The notes under the pieces: generated by a model
The model's database searches: none
Seen by the model: only the letters and a program-made list of their open reading frames with translations
What the model was told of the DNA's origin: nothing
Part shown: positions 21,113 to 32,334 of the stretch, one piece after another
How positions within the stretch are numbered: position 1 is the stretch's first letter
How the letters are laid out: every line of letters starts with the position of its first letter
Program-made: the position numbers and the translations under genes
DNA from: Rebecca billardiae RCC1528
Lineage: Eukaryota > Protista > Haptophyta
Direction of reading: 5' to 3'
Assembly: GCA_965240325.2 (NCBI GenBank)
Contig: OZ251223.1
Span: 1,674,001-1,738,000 of the forward strand
Length of the DNA: 64,000 nucleotides

Positions 21113-22828
21113 TTAGCAGAGTAGACGACGACCCGGCGCTCCAGGCGGCGTCCGCTTCAACGTCGACGCGTCACAGCGCAGCCGGCTGGCGATGCGGCTC
21201 GCCCTTTCGGCTGCGCGTGTGCACAGGGGCGAGCAGCCAAGTCGAACAGATGGCCAGCCGACCATCTGCGCTCCAGCTGGGAGGGTGGGCTCCGGCTGAG
21301 CCGAGTCTACGGCCGTGGGCAACGCCCCGGCCAGATCCGGCGCCACACTGCGAGTACCCCCACTCGCGCCTCGAAGCTCGTGCTCATCCGGGTGAGCGCG
21401 CGCGTCGAGCGCGTGCGCGTACGCGCGCAGCGTGCGCTGATCGGGCGCGTCGAAGAGGGCAAGGAGCGAGTTGATGTCCTTGTTGTGCCTCTTGTTCCAC
21501 ATGTCAACGCTGAGGCCGACGTGGCCGTGCCGCGCCAGCAGGAAGGAGAGCACCGCCTGGTCCCCCTGCGCCGAGGGTAGCACGGCCGCCTCGTCGCACG
21601 CCCAACGCGCCCACTCGCGGGCGAGGGCGAGCGTGCGCTCCGACCGCCTCCAGATGGAGTAGGAGGCCTGCCACATGGGCGCGCTCATCAGGGCGGCCAT
21701 CTCGGCGGCGCGCACGCCCATCGCGCGCGCGGTCGCAGCTGCGTGGTGCTCCTCGGGGCCATGGCAGTTGGGCACGCACGCCGGCGTGCACTGGGCGCCG
21801 AAGCGCTTGCACGGCGCACAGCGCTCGGCGACCACGGCAGCGTTCCCGGGAGGCGGCGGCGGGTAGCGCGCAAGCACTGACGCAAGCGCCGCCGCGGGCG
21901 GGCCTCCGTCCGCTGGCGCTCGCGCGAGCCACGCGAGCAGGGGCTGCACGCTGCGCTGGAACCCAACGCACGCGTACCGCGAGGCGTCCGAGTAGACCAC
22001 GAACTCTCCGTCGCGAGCACGCTCGAGCGCGTCGAGCACGATCGCGGGCTTCCAAGCCCACTTGCCAAAGGTGGCGGCGCAGCGGGGCTGCGCGCGGCAG
22101 CGCGTGCCATTGACGAGCCGCGCCCAGCACTGGCGGAAGAAGGGCGCATCGCGCAGGCTGCTCGGCGTCCAGAGGCGCGCGCTATCCATCCCACCCACGG
22201 CCGTCGCCGAGCGCGACATCAGGCGCGCGATGGACTCGAAGGGCTCGCCCGCGCCGAACGCGACAAAGGTGGCGGCGTGATGCGGGGCTTGGGGCGTCGG
22301 CGCGTGGGGCGGCGGCCGTGCGTCGCCCGGGCGGATCGCACGGCCGCGGAAGGCGAGGCGCTCGCCCGTGGCCCTGCGGACGGCGGATGCGCTCGGCAGC
22401 GACCGGTTCTGCGCATCCAGCACCAGTAGCTCGTCGCGCCGACCCGCCATCATCCGCCATCCACGCGAGGCCAGGACGACAGCCTCGCGGGCGACGGTGC
22501 CGCTCGTGATCACGCGCGACACGGTGCCCGACTTGCGGCCAGATTCGATGGAGAACTCGGCGGCGAAGAGCGAACAGACGCGCGTCGCGGCGTTCTGCTG
22601 CCACGTCAGGCAGCTCGCATGCGCTTGGCACGCCCGACAGCAGCACTGCCAGGCAGCCTGCGCGTCGCATGACGATGCGAGGTCGGCCTGCACAAGCGGC
22701 GGTTTCGGCTTGCCTCCCACGAGGTGCGTGAGCTGGATGGGTAGCGGCGCGCAGAGCGCCTCCTCAACCATTAGACCCTCTGCCCCTCCCACACTGGCCG
22801 CGGCGATGGAGACGAGGACGGCCGCCAT
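21113..22828 (-). CDS. Secreted PAN/Apple-domain + putative glycosyltransferase-like protein
   Basis: Signal-like MAAVLVSIAAASVG. CCCRACQAHASCLTW...CSLF (PAN-like). WAWKP..LDAL, VVYSDAS and GDQAVLSFL are typical of nucleotide-diphospho-sugar transferase-like proteins. Confidence 0.6.
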   Translation of the reverse strand: MAAVLVSIAAASVGGAEGLMVEEALCAPLPIQLTHLVGGKPKPPLVQADLASSCDAQAAWQCCCRACQAHASCLTWQQNAATRVCSLFAAEFSIESGRKSGTVSRVITSGTVAREAVVLASRGWRMMAGRRDELLVLDAQNRSLPSASAVRRATGERLAFRGRAIRPGDARPPPHAPTPQAPHHAATFVAFGAGEPFESIARLMSRSATAVGGMDSARLWTPSSLRDAPFFRQCWARLVNGTRCRAQPRCAATFGKWAWKPAIVLDALERARDGEFVVYSDASRYACVGFQRSVQPLLAWLARAPADGGPPAAALASVLARYPPPPPGNAAVVAERCAPCKRFGAQCTPACVPNCHGPEEHHAAATARAMGVRAAEMAALMSAPMWQASYSIWRRSERTLALAREWARWACDEAAVLPSAQGDQAVLSFLLARHGHVGLSVDMWNKRHNKDINSLLALFDAPDQRTLRAYAHALDARAHPDEHELRGASGGTRSVAPDLAGALPTAVDSAQPEPTLPAGAQMVGWPSVRLGCSPLCTRAAERASRIASRLRCDASTLKRTPPGAPGRRLLC

Positions 22829-23403
22829 TGCCGACGGCCACGCACCTCCACTACTGGTACAGTGGACCCGGACCAAGGAGGCCACCGGGTGGTGTCCCGG
22901 ACGATCCCGAAACTTCCAAGTCATCAAGAATTCAAGGATCCCATGCGGAATCAGCGCCGCTTTTGACGGCGAGAATTCGTCAGCCCGAAAAACACGACGC
23001 GACGTGATGCCCCGACGAATGAATTGATGAGTTGTTGATGAGAGGCAGCCCTCGCGATTGTTTGAACGCGACCGTGTCCCGGTCCGTCGGACGACGGTCG
23101 CACTCGCACTCGGTCTCGGTCTGCCTGCCCGGCCCGACGGCGACGAGCATGACTGCTAGGCGCTTTGCGCGGCAAGCCGAGTGGCAATGTACATGGCACA
23201 GTTCTGGCTGACTAAATAGTTGCTCTCGGTCCATGGGCAAGGTCGCAGGGATCCGAAAGGCCGAGCCGGTCGGCCGCGAGGACGAACCGCGTGACTCGCA
23301 GAGTCCTCCGCTGCGTACGGCACTCACTGTTTCGGCCCGCGCCAGCGTGACTCCGCGGCGTCGGTGCACAGAATAGGCGCGTGCGTGTAGGTCAGAGTGT
23401 AGG

Positions 23404-24636
23404 TCAGAAGCAGACAGCGCCGTCGGCACTCGCGCCGAGGTCGTCCTCCTCCGCGAGGCCGCTCGATGACAGGCCCGCCTCGTGGAACCACGCGGCACTG
23501 TCGTGCGCGATCGCGTGCGCGGCGTGCCACTCCGCAGACGGGGCCGCGGTGCTGCCGTTGTCGGTGCCCGCGGAGTGCGCGTCGGAGGTGGGCGAGGCGC
23601 TGCTGAGAATCTCCTCGATGTCCTCATCGTTCACGATCGCCTCGACCAGCCCGCACATGTCCGCCTCGTGGAGGTCGTCCTCCTCGCCCGCGTCCGCAGC
23701 CGGGCACGCCTCGAGCGACGCAAAGAGGGCGGCGAGCTCGGCGTCGGACACGACGTCGGACTCGTCGTCGCCAGCGCCGGCGGGCTGCGCGGTGCGCGAC
23801 GGCTCGGGGCCGCAGGGGCACGCATGCCCGCGCTTCGGCTGCCCGCACCGCCCGCACTTGTACCCCGGCGCGTCGACGGCGCCCTGCTGGTGCGATGAGG
23901 TCCGCTCCATGCGCCACTTGCGCGCCGCCTCGAGCCGGTGCCACCGGTTGCGGACGGCGTTGTCCGTGCGGCCCTCGAGGCGCGTGGAGATGAGGCTCCA
24001 CTTGTACCCGTGCTCCTTCACGCCCGAGCAGATCACCTCGTCCTCCGCCACCGTCCACGGGCGCAGCCGCTGGTCCGCATGCGCGCCGGTTGGCGCCTCT
24101 GCGTGCGCGGCGGTGGCGACGCACACGTGGCTGCGCTTCGAGCAGCCGCAGCGTCGGCACTTGTACACGACCGCCTTGTTCGACTGGCGGCGGAACGTCG
24201 CGCCCTCGTCGGCAGAGACATCCGCCTCGGCCACGCCGAGCGCGAGCTGCGGCGGCCCCGGTGGCGGCACCAGCGATGTGCGAGGCGACGGGCTGGCGTG
24301 TGTGGCGGCCGACGAGTCGGACGGCTCATACGCGACCTGCGACTTGCGGCCAATGGAGCCGGCGGACGCGGACTCGATGGGCTTGCACGCCTTGCCACCC
24401 GAGTTGATGTACGCCGTCGCCGCGGCGAGGACCGCCGATGTGTACTCGTCGCCCCCCACCGCCGCGCCGACGTCTGGGAGCGATGGTTTTGGGAGCGAGA
24501 ACATGGGCGCGGGCGCGGCCGGCTCGTCGTCGCGGCTGCGCTTGCGCGCGTGCGCCTCCTTGAGCAGGTCGCTGGCGCGGGTCAGCAGGTCGTCGTCCAG
24601 GTCGACAGCAGCATGTTGCGCCACCTGATTGCCCAT
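23404..24636 (-). CDS. Myb-domain transcription factor flanked by two CX2CX6HXC motifs
   Basis: PWTVAEDEVI..GVKEHGYKWSLISTRLEGRTDNAVRNRWHRL, YKCRRCG.SKRSHVC, YKCGRCGQPKRGHAC and an acidic C-terminus. Confidence 0.88.
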   Translation of the reverse strand: MGNQVAQHAAVDLDDDLLTRASDLLKEAHARKRSRDDEPAAPAPMFSLPKPSLPDVGAAVGGDEYTSAVLAAATAYINSGGKACKPIESASAGSIGRKSQVAYEPSDSSAATHASPSPRTSLVPPPGPPQLALGVAEADVSADEGATFRRQSNKAVVYKCRRCGCSKRSHVCVATAAHAEAPTGAHADQRLRPWTVAEDEVICSGVKEHGYKWSLISTRLEGRTDNAVRNRWHRLEAARKWRMERTSSHQQGAVDAPGYKCGRCGQPKRGHACPCGPEPSRTAQPAGAGDDESDVVSDAELAALFASLEACPAADAGEEDDLHEADMCGLVEAIVNDEDIEEILSSASPTSDAHSAGTDNGSTAAPSAEWHAAHAIAHDSAAWFHEAGLSSSGLAEEDDLGASADGAVCF

Positions 24637-25152
24637 GGCTGTGTGCGTGCACGCGTGCGACGGGAGAGACGCTCGTGTCGCGGAAGCGGGAGTTGTGGAT
24701 CACAACGCGAAGCGCACGAAGAGGGGGGTCATCAGCCCCCCGCTCGTCAACACTTATTCGTTCACGGGTACGACCAGCGCCTGAGCAAACCGACGCGGAG
24801 TCTGAAGGCCAATAAGTGAAGCCGAGCGTCTGTATTCGACGAGCCTGAGATGTGAATCTGGAGTTAGGCTGTTGGAGTTTTCTAGCAGTTGGGCGTTGGG
24901 AAAACTTCCAGGACATTCAATCAAGAGCAAATCCCGCAACGCGCCAACGCCTGTAAGTGAACGTTTTGGCCGTTAGTCAGTTACTGCAAAGTTACCCATT
25001 CGGTTAGGTTCCAAACAGATCCGATCCGGTTCCTCAGCTGTCCGGTCGTCGTGTGGGTAAGGCTGCTGACATGATGATGATGAAGATGTTCTCAGATGAC
25101 TCTGAGAATATGATGACAATTGTTCATCGTCGTATCATCATCATCAACAACG

Positions 25153-28100
25153 TCACGGCGGCGCGCGCACAACGGTGCACTCGGTGATCACGCGCGACGC
25201 GCGGCCAAAGTCGAGCGTGCAGCACACGACCGCGCAGCTGGGCACCTTGCCATCGCCGCTGACGCCCGGCGGCGGCGCCGCGCCGCTGCCGCCGCCGCCG
25301 CCGCCGCCGCCGAGCGCGTGCGCGGTGTGCGCGTCGAGGAGGTCGCAGATCACCTGGCCGTGCGTGACGAGCACGATCGTCTCGTGCGGCGCGTACTGCA
25401 CCTGCCGCATCAGCTCGCCCAGCCGCTGCTGCACCTGCGCTGCCGTCTCGGCGGGCCCGTCGTCCCACCACGGCTCCTCCACCTCGACCGACTCGACCGG
25501 CGCGCCCTCGAGCTCGGCGAGCTCGGCCGCGAGCTCGGGCCGCTCGGTCGGCGCGCGCAGCTCGCGCAGCTTGTCGACCGCGCGGCGCAGCATCGCGGGC
25601 GCGCCGACGCACACGCCGCGCGAGTTCAGCTCGCCGAGCCGCTGCGCGTCGCGCGCGTTGCGCCGCAGCTGCAGCGGCAGCCCGCGCGCGGACGCGAGCG
25701 GCCAGAAGGCGAGCAGCGCGGTCTGGAGCGCGCGCGTGAGCGGGGAGGACCAGAGCGCGTCCGCACGCGCGAGCGCGGCGAGGGGCTCGTGGGCGGGTGC
25801 GGCGGGCGTGCCGGCCGCGCTGTCGGCGAGCGCGCGCGCCACCATCGCCCGCAGCGCGCACGCCTGCCCCACGCCCTCCTCGGACAGCGGGTGGTCAGAC
25901 TTGAGGACGAGCGAGCCGAGCGCGCGCCGCCGCTGCTTGGCCTCGTTCCACCGAGACTGACCGTGCCGCACGAGGAAGAGGCGCTTGACGGGCTGCGGCG
26001 CGCAGGGCAGGCGCTGCAGCACGAGCGCGGGCGCGGGCGGCGCGGCGGGCGGCTCCGCGTGCTGCTGCTCGGCGGTGCGGCGCGACTGCAGCGCGCGCCG
26101 CATGCGGCCCACCGCGCCGCCGCCCGCCTCGGCGCCGCCCGGCCCGGACGGCGTTAGCGGAGGGCTCACGCCGGCCTCGCGGCTGCTGTTGCGCCGCGAG
26201 CCGACGGTTGGCACCGCGGCCGGGCCGTCGGCGAGCGCGGACGGCTCGGCGGGCTCGGCGTCGGCGCGCGAGGCGCGCGCGGCGGGGCTCGGCAGCTGCG
26301 ACGGCCCGGCGGGCAGCCCACCCAGCCCTGGCGCCGCGCCGAGCGCTAGCTCCGTGTGTGCGGTCGATACGGAGGGCAGCGCGCTCAGCGCAACGCCGAG
26401 TGGCGCGCGGCCCGAGTCGCACACCTCCGCGCGGAGCTGCACGCGCGAGGCGATCTCCGCGACCGCGCCGCCGCTCAGCCCGTCCTCGCCGAACGCGGGC
26501 AGCGTGAGCCAGCGCGCAGAGTTCCAAACCGCCGACGCGCCGCCGCTGCCCTGCCCGCGCCGGCGGCACGTCTTGACGAGCGGCCACTCGACCGCCGGGC
26601 CGCGCCGGACGACGCGCGAGCCGCCGCCGGGCTCGAGGAGCTCGAGCCACATCACGACGGCGACGTGCGCGGGCGGGCGGCTCGCCGAGCGTGGCGGCGG
26701 CGCCGCCGCGCCGCCGCCGCTCGCGCCGCCCTCGGCCGCCGCGCCGCCGCCGCCTCCGCCCGCCAGCGCGGGCGGGCCAGGCGCGCACACGTGCTGCACA
26801 CCCAGCAGCAAGACCAGAGCGCCCGCGTCGCGCAGCGCGCCCGCGTACGAGAGCTGGCGGAAGGAGGCGAGGGCGCACGCGGGCGCGGGCGGCGGCCCCA
26901 GCCCGGCGTGGCGCGGGGACGGCAGGTCGAGCTCGTCGCACTCCGCGTCCGCGCCCGCGCCCGCGCCCGCCGCGCCGCCATCGGCCGGCGCGCCGTCCGC
27001 GCGCGCGCCGCCGCCAACCATCACAGGTATCACAGGTAGGTCTGGGGACGGTGAGCTCAGGTCGACGCCCGCGCCGGAGCGGGCAGCGTTGGGCGGCGTC
27101 GCGCCGTGCGCCGCCGCGCGCTGCTCCTCCGCGCCGAGCGCGCCGTTCGGCTCCGGCAGCGCCGTCAGCGCGGGCGTCGGCGTCAGCTCATAGCTCACGA
27201 GCTCGGCCCCCACGACTGGCTGCCGCGCCGCGCCCGCTCGCCCAAAGTCCAGCCTGAGTCTGACGACGCCCAGGTTGGGGAGGACCTCGGCGGAGAGGCG
27301 GCGCGCGAGCGCGGGGCGCGCCTGGACGAAGTCCGGGTGCAGCGCCTCGCGGAAGAGCACGCGGAACAGGTGACTGTGCCCCACCAGCGCGACGCACCGC
27401 GCGTGCGCGTGCTCGAGCTGCGACAGCAGCTCATGCAGCCGCGAGCGCAGCTGCGCGGCGCCCTCGGCCGCTTCGTCCCACCAGGGGGCCTCCACCTCCT
27501 CCGCGCGCAGCGGGACGGCCTCCATCTCGCGCAGCTCGGCGGCGTCGCACATCGGGCGCAGCACGCCGAGCGCGCGCGCGCGCACCGCCTCGCCGCCCAC
27601 CGCCGCGCCGATCGTGTCGTTCCCGCCCCGGTTCTTCTTTTCGCGCGCGTTGGAGCGCAGACGCAGCGGCAGCGCGCGCGTGCGCAGCAGCGGGCGGAAG
27701 GCCACCAGCGCGGTCTGCACCGCGCGCGTGAGCGGGGAGGACCAGAGCTCGTCGAGCTCGAGCAGCTCGGCGAGCGCGCCCGGCGCCGCGCCCTCCGCCG
27801 CGCCGCACCACCCCTCGCCGCGCTGGCTCGACGCCGCGCGCGCGCGCTGCGCCCGCAGCTCCGCATCGAGCGCACTACACAGCCGGCGCGCCTGCGCCAC
27901 GCCCGCGCCGTTGAGCGGGTGGTCGGTCTGGCTGACGAGGGTGAGCACGTCGGCGCGGCTCTGCGCCTCGTTCCACGTGGACTCGCCGTGGCGCACGATG
28001 AAGAGCGTCTTGCACCCGCCGCCCGCGCGCGCCGCGGCGGGCGCGGCGGGCGCGGCGCGCGGCGGCGGCGCGCGCGGAGGCGGAGGCACAATGGCGAGAC

Positions 28101-29247
28101 ACACGCGCGGAGGCGCGCTGCCGTCCGCCACGCCGCTGGCGCACGCCAGCGTGACGGCGGCGCCGGAGAAGTCGAGCCACGCGGTGGAGCGCGCGCGCGC
28201 CAGCCCGAGCGGCGCGCCCCCGCCCCCGCCGTCGCTCTCGTCCTGCGACTCGGAGAGGCTCCCGTCCTCCGCCGGCCCCGACGGCCCGAGCCCTGTGTCT
28301 GGCGGTCCCGAGGCGGCGGGCGGCAGCACGGCCGGAGGCGCGCGCGCGAGCGCGCCCGCGAGCGCCGCGCCGGGCAGGTCGGCGGTGACGATGCGCAGGC
28401 GCGCGCGGCCGACGGTCTCGTCGCGCGAGGCGTCGAGCACGTCCACGTGCACCGAGTACGGCGGCGGCCCCAGCCCGGCAGCCGCCAGCCTGCGCGGCGA
28501 GAACCAGTGAGCGCGCTCGCGCGCCGGCCAGCGCGCCGCCACGGCGGAGTGCACGCCTCGGGAGTCACTCAGCCACATGCGCACGGCGCACGAGGGCGGC
28601 GGGTCGGCGACGGAGTCGAGGCGCACGACCACGCCTTCCACGCACACCCGCGTCTCCGCGTCCAGCGCGCCGCCGCCCGCCGGCTGCGCGAGCGCGTGCG
28701 CGACCCGCAGTAGCTGCGTGCACGCCGCGCGCGCCTCGGCCGAGCCGCCAGGACCCACGTGAGGCAGCAGCGCGCGCTGGATGTCGTCGAGCCAGCCCGG
28801 CGCGTCGGCCTCCCCGCGCGGGGGCGAGAGCGGGGGCGTCTGTGCCTGGGCCGCACCCTCGCGCGCCTGCCTCGCGCCGGCGTCTTCCGAGCGCCGCGGC
28901 GCCGACGTGGCGGCCGGGCGCACGCGCAGGCGCACGGCCACGCGGTCGGGCGCGAGCGCGTCCATGCAGACCTGCACAGGCGCAGTGCCGTGCTCGCCGC
29001 CGGACGACTCGATGAGGAACGGGCGGATCGTCGCCACCTCGATCGTCATCGGCGCGCCGTGCGACGCCCGCCCGTCGGCCGCAGACGCGTGGCCGGTGTG
29101 CTCGCCGCCCGAAGCGCGGCCGGCGTTGAGCTTGCGCAGCGCGTCGCCCACGGCGATGGCGCGCTGGCCGACCGTGCCGCCCATGGCACGCGCACGCTCG
29201 GTCACCGCCTGCTTCTTCGCGCCCAGCTTGTCCTTCGCGAGCTGCAT
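25153..29247 (-). CDS. Large protein with two histidine phosphatase (PGM-like) domains
   Basis: LFIVRHGESTWN...SSPLTRAVQTA...LVGHS and LFLVRHGQSRWN...SSPLTRALQTA...LVTHG. The start may lie further upstream if there is an intron. Confidence 0.8.
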   Translation of the reverse strand: MQLAKDKLGAKKQAVTERARAMGGTVGQRAIAVGDALRKLNAGRASGGEHTGHASAADGRASHGAPMTIEVATIRPFLIESSGGEHGTAPVQVCMDALAPDRVAVRLRVRPAATSAPRRSEDAGARQAREGAAQAQTPPLSPPRGEADAPGWLDDIQRALLPHVGPGGSAEARAACTQLLRVAHALAQPAGGGALDAETRVCVEGVVVRLDSVADPPPSCAVRMWLSDSRGVHSAVAARWPARERAHWFSPRRLAAAGLGPPPYSVHVDVLDASRDETVGRARLRIVTADLPGAALAGALARAPPAVLPPAASGPPDTGLGPSGPAEDGSLSESQDESDGGGGGAPLGLARARSTAWLDFSGAAVTLACASGVADGSAPPRVCLAIVPPPPRAPPPRAAPAAPAAARAGGGCKTLFIVRHGESTWNEAQSRADVLTLVSQTDHPLNGAGVAQARRLCSALDAELRAQRARAASSQRGEGWCGAAEGAAPGALAELLELDELWSSPLTRAVQTALVAFRPLLRTRALPLRLRSNAREKKNRGGNDTIGAAVGGEAVRARALGVLRPMCDAAELREMEAVPLRAEEVEAPWWDEAAEGAAQLRSRLHELLSQLEHAHARCVALVGHSHLFRVLFREALHPDFVQARPALARRLSAEVLPNLGVVRLRLDFGRAGAARQPVVGAELVSYELTPTPALTALPEPNGALGAEEQRAAAHGATPPNAARSGAGVDLSSPSPDLPVIPVMVGGGARADGAPADGGAAGAGAGADAECDELDLPSPRHAGLGPPPAPACALASFRQLSYAGALRDAGALVLLLGVQHVCAPGPPALAGGGGGGAAAEGGASGGGAAAPPPRSASRPPAHVAVVMWLELLEPGGGSRVVRRGPAVEWPLVKTCRRRGQGSGGASAVWNSARWLTLPAFGEDGLSGGAVAEIASRVQLRAEVCDSGRAPLGVALSALPSVSTAHTELALGAAPGLGGLPAGPSQLPSPAARASRADAEPAEPSALADGPAAVPTVGSRRNSSREAGVSPPLTPSGPGGAEAGGGAVGRMRRALQSRRTAEQQHAEPPAAPPAPALVLQRLPCAPQPVKRLFLVRHGQSRWNEAKQRRRALGSLVLKSDHPLSEEGVGQACALRAMVARALADSAAGTPAAPAHEPLAALARADALWSSPLTRALQTALLAFWPLASARGLPLQLRRNARDAQRLGELNSRGVCVGAPAMLRRAVDKLRELRAPTERPELAAELAELEGAPVESVEVEEPWWDDGPAETAAQVQQRLGELMRQVQYAPHETIVLVTHGQVICDLLDAHTAHALGGGGGGGGSGAAPPPGVSGDGKVPSCAVVCCTLDFGRASRVITECTVVRAPP

Positions 29248-29706
29248 GGTCAAGGGCTTGGTATTCTGCTAGGCGGAGGCGTAAGAACGCATCGTGGCTG
29301 GAGCGGCCACCATCGCCAGGAGGCTGCAAAAGTTGGTCCGGGCGTCCGGTGCCCGGACTGCATCCGACGGGCGACGGTCGTTGGCGATCAGTTACAGTGA
29401 CGGTCGATCGTCACTGCTCGTTGCTGGCAGCAGCAGCCTCGGGCCCGCCAGTCGGACGTCGGCGTGCCGCGTGCCCTGCCGCTGGCGCTCCGCAGACCGG
29501 CAGACCTGAGACCGCACAGCCGCACAGCGCACTCCGCAGCCGGCGCCGGCCGGCGCCGCTGCCGATCCTGCCCCAGTGCTGACTCGACAGCGGCCCACAT
29601 GGCTCGTCGTGACAGGCAGCACGCGGCATTGGCTCTGTCGACACAGGCGGGTCTCGCGGTCGGAGCCCCGGGTACTGCACCGACTGCAGCCCGGTAGGCG
29701 TAGCCA

Positions 29707-32091
29707 CTACAACTTGTACGCCGCGGTGCTGCCGCGCGGCAGAGACGAGCCGCCCGGCGCCGGCCGCGCCGCGCGCTCCGCTGCCGTCGGCTTGCGCGCG
29801 CCCGCCCCGGCCGCCTGCTGCTCCTGCAGCTTGCCAAACACCTGCGTGGAGCGCGTGAACGACTCGCGCGCCTTGCCACCCGCGCCGCCCGCCGCCTCCT
29901 TGCCCACCACCACGCGCGCAGTCTTGGCACGCTGCGCGGCGCGGGGTCGCGCGCGGCGCACGGCGCGCCCCCGCCGCGGCCGTGAGCGCGCGTCCGCGCA
30001 CGCATGTGCCGCGCGCGCGGCGCGCATGGCGCGCGCGGCGCGCGGCGCACCTTGGCCGCGCCGAGCTCGCGGTCCAGCTTCTTCGCCGCGCTCGGCGCCT
30101 CCGCCGCGTCCGCCGCGATTCGCCTCCGCTTCGCCGAGCGGTGCGCGTGCTTGGCCGCGTTGCGACGGCTCTTCCGCTCGCGCCCGCTGAGCTCCTCGCG
30201 CGCGGCGACGTTGCGCGCGCGCTGCGGCGCCTTCACCTCGGCCGGCGCGAGGCCCTGCGCGAGGGACTTGGCCGCGGGCATCGGCTCCTCCATCGCGAGC
30301 GCGGGCACGTTGGGCCGCACCTCCGGATCGGCCGCCGCCGGCCGCTTGGGCGCGTAGTGGAAATTGGTGAGCGCATCGAGCTGACCGCTCAGCTTGGAGA
30401 ACAGAGCGCCGATCTCGGCGCGCGCGCCCGCGGCGGGGTCGGTCGGCGCGACGCCCAGCACCTGCGCGCGGTACGCGTCGGCGTACTCGTCGGCCAGCCC
30501 GGACTGCGGGCGCTCCTGCGAGAGCTCGGGCGCGCGCGGCCGGAGCGCCGAGGCCTCGGGCGGCGCGCGGCGCTCCACGTCGTCAAAGAGCCCCTGCGCG
30601 GCACGGAGGGCGCGCGCGGCGCGCAGGGGCGGCGGCAGGGGCGGCGGCAGGGGCGGCGGCAGGGGCGGCGGCAGGGGCGGCGGCAGGGGCGGCGGCAGGG
30701 GCGGCGGCAGGGGCGGCGGCAGGGGCGGCGGCAGGGGCGGCGGCAGGGGCGGCGGCAGGGGCGGCGGCAGGGGCGGCGTGCAGCGGCTCGTGAGCGCGGC
30801 GCGCCCCGCGCCGCGCGTAGCCCGCGCGACAGCCCCGCCGCGCGCCCGGCGCCCCCTCCGCCGCCCCTGCCGCCGCGCACCTGCAGCACGCGCGCCTTGA
30901 GCAGCTCCTCGATCGAGGCGGTCACCGCCTGCGTGATGGCGGGCGCGGGCCGGGCGGCGGCCTCGAAGTCGACGTGCTCCTCGAGCAGCGAGTTGAGCGG
31001 GCGCTCGGCGGCCTTCACCTCGCCCTTCAGCGTCCACGGCTTGTCCGCCACGTTCGCGTGCTCGAGCGCCTCGATCTTCTCCTGCAGCCGAGCCAGCCTC
31101 TGCTCGTGCGCTGAGAGCGGCAGCGCGGGCGCGCGCGGCGGCTGCGCGGCATCTGGCTCGGAGCCGTCGGCGTCCGAGCCCTCCTCGTCGTCCTCGTCGT
31201 CGTCGTCGTCGCCGTGCCGTTGGCGGAGGCCTTCGCCCTCCTCGCCCTCCTCCTCGCCCTCCTCCTCGCCCTCCTCCTCCTCCTCCGCCTCGGAGCCGCT
31301 GCCGCCCTCCTCCTCCTCCTCCTCCTCCCCTCCCGGCCGGGTGATGCCAAACGCCGCGCGCTCGGCACGGCGCGCGCCCTCCTCGTCGTCCTCGTCCTCC
31401 TCGCCATCCTCCTCGCTGTCCTCCTCCCCCTCGTCGTCCTCGTCCTCCTCCTCGTCGTCCTCGTCCTCCTCCCCGCGCAGCTGCCCGCGCTCCGCCTCCT
31501 CCACGAACTCGTCCATACGCTCGAGCAGCGCCTGGACGCCCTGCTCCCCCGCTGGCGCGCGCGCGCGCTTGCCCGCGCGCTCGCGTGGGCGGCCGTTGGC
31601 GCGGGGCGCGGCGGGTGGGCGTCTGCCCGCGGTGGGTGCGTCGTCGGCCTCGCCCGACGAGTCGTCCTCCTCGTCCTCGCCCGGCTCGTCCTCGCCCGCC
31701 CCCGAGCCGTCGTGCTCGGGCAGCAGCTGCAGCTCATCCGCTTGCGCGACGAGCGCGCTCACGCGCTTCTCGACGTGCTTGATGAGCGGCGCGTTGCGCA
31801 GCTCGAGCTGCGCCCAGATCTGCTCGAGGTCAAAGCCCGTGGTGTACAGCTCATCCAGAGCCCCGAACGCGCGCGGGTCGCGTCGCTTGCCTGAGCGCGC
31901 AGCGGAGCCACGGCGCGCGGCGTGGGGCACGGTCCCTCGGTCAGGGGCCGGGGCGCACAGAGCCCTCTCGGCCCGGGCGTCGCGCGCGCACCAAGGTCGA
32001 AGAGCGCCTTTGTTGTGTCGCGCAGCGACTCCTCCAGCTCAGTCGATGGGACGGCAAAGTCCTCCGGCTGCAGTCGCAGCGCCGTCTCCAT
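29707..32091 (-). CDS. MPP10: U3 snoRNP protein Mpp10; exons 32091-31992, 31890-30881, 30593-30051, 29931-29707
   Basis: GFDLEQIWAQLELRN, KPWTLKGEVKAAERPLNSLLE, LFDDVER, LDALTNFHYAPK, EEPMP...LAPAEV and C-terminal KL. GT-AG introns keep the frame. Confidence 0.92.
30625..30777. repeat. 12-bp minisatellite (AGGGGCGGCGGC) x ~12-13 in MPP10 intron 2
   Basis: Perfect tandem units visible. Confidence 0.95.
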
Positions 32092-32334
32092 CGTACTCGT
32101 GCCTGGTCACGTCCGCACGCCGGACCTGGCGGGCGCGAGGTGGCGGCCGGATTCTTCCTCCGTGCCGTTCCAGTGCGCCCCCCTGGCGCTCCCGACTGCC
32201 CGTTTGGTTTTTAAATGCGGTTGCGCCAGCAGCCACCGCGTGCGGCCGCGAGTTGAGAGTGGCTGACTGCAAGGAGACCGTTGGTCACTTGACGACTGGA
32301 CGACGCGCAGCTTCGCCAACGACACGCACGAGCC

